Below the pieces are notes generated by a model. It saw nothing but the letters and a program-made list of their open reading frames with translations, had not been told where the DNA came from and searched no databases. The translations under genes were made by a program, and so were the position numbers. A DNA stretch of 64,000 bases from Eledone cirrhosa (Eukaryota): assembly GCA_964016885.1 (NCBI GenBank), contig OZ024740.1:204104001-204168000 (forward strand), read 5' to 3'. Numbering within the stretch: the first letter of the stretch is position 1; each line of letters starts with the position of its first letter. This document shows, one piece after another, positions 61,301 to 64,000 of the stretch.

Positions 61301-64000
61301 ACTGGATAGTAGCGAGACGTTACACTATGTACCCTACCATCGAATACCACTGTCTGGGTGTGTTGTATCTACAGATGTAGAGTTATATACTGGACAGTAG
61401 AGAGATGTTACACTATGTCTCCTACCATTGAATACCACTGTCAGGGTGTGTTGTATCTACAGATGTAAAGATATCTACTGGACAGTAGAGAGACGTTACA
61501 CTATGTCCCCTACCATTCAATACCACTGTCTGGGTGTGTTGTATCTACAGATGTAGAGATATATACTGAACAGTAGAGAGACGTTAAACTATGTCCCCTA
61601 CCATTCAATACCACTGTCAGGGTGTGTTGTATCTACAAGTATAGAGATATACACTGGACAGTAGAGAGACGTTACACTATGTCCCCTACCATTGAATACC
61701 ACTGTCTGGGTGTGTTGTATCTTCAGATGTCGAGATATATACTGGACAGTAGAGAGACGTTACACTATGTCCCCTAACATTCAATACCACTGTCAGGGTG
61801 TGTTTTATCTACAGGTATAGAGATATATACTGGATAGTAGAGAGACGTTAGACTATGTCCCCTACCATTGAATACCACTGTCAGGGTGTGTGGTATCTAC
61901 AGGTATAGAGATATATACTGGACAGTAGAGAGCCGTTACACTATGTCCCCTACCATTGAATACCACTGTCAGGGTGTGTTGTATCTACAGGTATAGAGAT
62001 ATATACTGGACAGTAGAGAGACGTTACACTATGTCCCCTACCATTGAATACCACTGTCAGGGTGTGTTGTATCTACAGATGTAAAGATATCTACTGGACA
62101 GTAGATAGACGTTACACTATGTCCCCAACCATTCAATACCACTGTCTGGGTGTGTTGTATCTACAGATGTAGAGATATATACTGAACAGTAGAGAGACGT
62201 TACACTATGTCCCCTACCATTCAATACCACTGTCAGGGTGTGTTGTATCTACAGGTATAGAGATATATACTGGATATTAGAGAGACGTTATACTATGTCC
62301 CGTACCATTGAATACCACTGTCTGGGTGTGTTGTATCTACAAGTATAGAGATATATACTGGATAGTACCGAGACGTTACACTATGTCCCCTACCATTGAA
62401 TACCACTGTCAGGGTGTGTTGTATCTACAGATATAGAGATATATACTGGACAGTAGAGAGACGTTACACTATGTCCCCTACCATTCAATACCACTGTCTG
62501 GGTGTGTTGTATCTACAGATGTAGAGATATATACTGAACAGTAGAGAGACGTTAAACTATGTCCCCTACCATTCAATACCACTGTCAGGGTGTGTTGTAT
62601 CTACAAGTATAGAGATATACACTGGACAGTAGAGAGACGTTACACTATGTCCCCTACCATTCAATACCACTGTCAGGGTGTGTTGTATCTACAGGTATAG
62701 AGATATATACTGGAGAGTAGAGAGACGTTACACTATGTCCCCTACCATTGAATAGCACTGTCAGGGTGTGTTGTATCTACAGATATAGAGATATATACTG
62801 GACAGTAGAGAGACGTTACACTATGTCCCCTACCATTGAATACCACTGTCTGGGTGTGTTGTATCTACAGATGTAGAGATATATACTGGACAGTAGAGAG
62901 ACGTTACACTATGTCCCCTACCATTCAATACCACTGTCAGGGTGTGTTGTATCTACAGGTATAGAGATATATACTGGATAGTAGAGAGACGTTACAGTAT
63001 GTCCCGTACCATTGAATACCACTGTCAGGGTGTGTGGTATCTGCAGGTATAGAGATTTAAACTGGACAGTAGAGACACGTTACACTATGTCCCCTACCAT
63101 TCAATACCACTGTCAGGGTGTGTTGTATCTACAGATGTAGAGATATATACTGGTCAGTAGAGAGACGTTACACTATGTCCCCTACCATTGAATACCACTG
63201 TCAGGGTGTGTTGTATCTACAGGTATAGAGATATATACTGGACAGTAGAGAGACGTTACACTATGTCCCCTACCATTCAATACCACTGTCAGGGTGTGTT
63301 GTATCTACAGATATAGAGATATATACTGGACAGTAGAAAGACGTTACACTATGTCCCCTACCATTCAATACCACTGTCAGGGTGTGTTGTATCTACAGAT
63401 ATAGAGATATATACTGGACAGTAGAGAGACGTTACACTATGTCCCCTACCATTGAATACCACTGTCTGTGTGTGTTGTATCTACAAGTATAGAGATATAT
63501 ACTGGACAGTAGAGAGGCGTTACACTATGTCCCCTACCATTGAATACCACTGTCAGGGTGTGTTGTATCTACAAGTATAGAGATATACACTGGATAGTAG
63601 CGAGACGTTACACTATGTACCCTACCATCGAATACCACTGTCTGGGTGTGTTGTATCTACAGATGTAGAGTTATATACTGGACAGTAGAGAGATGTTACA
63701 CTATGTCCCCTACCATTGAATACCACTGTCAGGGTGTGTTGTATCTACAGATGTAAAGATATCTACTGGACAGTAGAGAGACGTTACACTATGTCCCCTA
63801 TCATTCAATACCACTGTCTGGGTGTGTTGTATCTACAGATGTAGAGATATATACTGAACAGTAGAGAGACGTTAAACTATGTCCCCTACCATTCAATACC
63901 ACTGTCAGGGTGTGTTGTATCTACAAGTATAGAGATATACACTGGACAGTAGAGAGACGTTACACTATGTCCCCTACCATTCAATACCACTGTCACTGGT
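46400..64000. repeat. Right-hand sub-array of shuffled 2.4-3.9 kb higher-order blocks
   Basis: Marker offsets are 47181/49995 (2814), 48352/51517 and 49741/52906 (3165), 52906/56333 (3427) and 58706/61077 (2371). The variant set is distinct from the left part (GTGCGAAAT, CCATAAAATAC, GAATAGCAC, GATATCTACTG). Confidence 0.82.

Larger units (their letters stand above)
1..64000. repeat. Tandem satellite DNA array, 88-bp monomer, about 730 head-to-tail copies, running off both window ends
   Basis: The first monomer spans 1-88 and the next starts at 89. The same consensus recurs in the same orientation through to 64000. Length variants are 86 bp (GTAGAGGGGTTAC), 87 bp (TCCCTAC or GTGTTTGT deletions) and rare 89/90 bp. 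No non-repeat sequence was seen. Confidence 0.99.

Noticed and set aside
1-64000. CRISPR array (ATTGAATAC resembles the ATTGAAAC/G 3' end of some CRISPR repeats)
   Set aside because: There are no unique spacers, since the whole 88 bp is repeated, and there is no leader or cas gene.
1-64000. Telomerase-type telomeric repeat or G-quadruplex array
   Set aside because: There is no short G-rich unit, strand G/C counts are balanced (19 G versus 17 C per monomer), and G-runs are too sparse.
1-64000. tRNA, 5S or snRNA tandem gene cluster (the unit is tRNA-sized)
   Set aside because: No cloverleaf, no GTTCRA B-box in the consensus and no oligo-T Pol III terminator on either strand.
1-64000. Hidden insertion, inversion or information-bearing code in the order of variants
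   Set aside because: Reading through the window showed only forward-oriented monomers, and the variant order is explained by ordinary block duplications. A very small interruption could have been missed by eye.

Overview
The whole 64 kb window is one uninterrupted head-to-tail tandem array (satellite DNA) of an 88-bp monomer, about 730 copies and about 41% GC. The consensus is ACGTTACACTATGTCCCCTACCATTGAATACCACTGTCAGGGTGTGTTGTATCTACAGATATAGAGATATATACTGGACAGTAGAGAG. I see no genes, RNA genes, CRISPR spacers, transposon insertions or inversions. All listed ORFs are artefacts of translating the repeat across 1-bp-deletion monomers. The informative content is structural: nested higher-order repeats (a 20-mer of 1747 bp inside a 9101/5607-bp duplication, a 44-mer of 3859 bp, and 5-, 18- and 31-36-mer blocks), a left-to-right turnover of diagnostic monomer variants, and a monomer built from short quasi-palindromes whose recurrent variants often improve the symmetry. 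It is most likely eukaryotic (peri)centromeric, subtelomeric or heterochromatic satellite, but the organism and family cannot be identified from the sequence alone. I found no convincing evidence of a new coding or RNA-based system.
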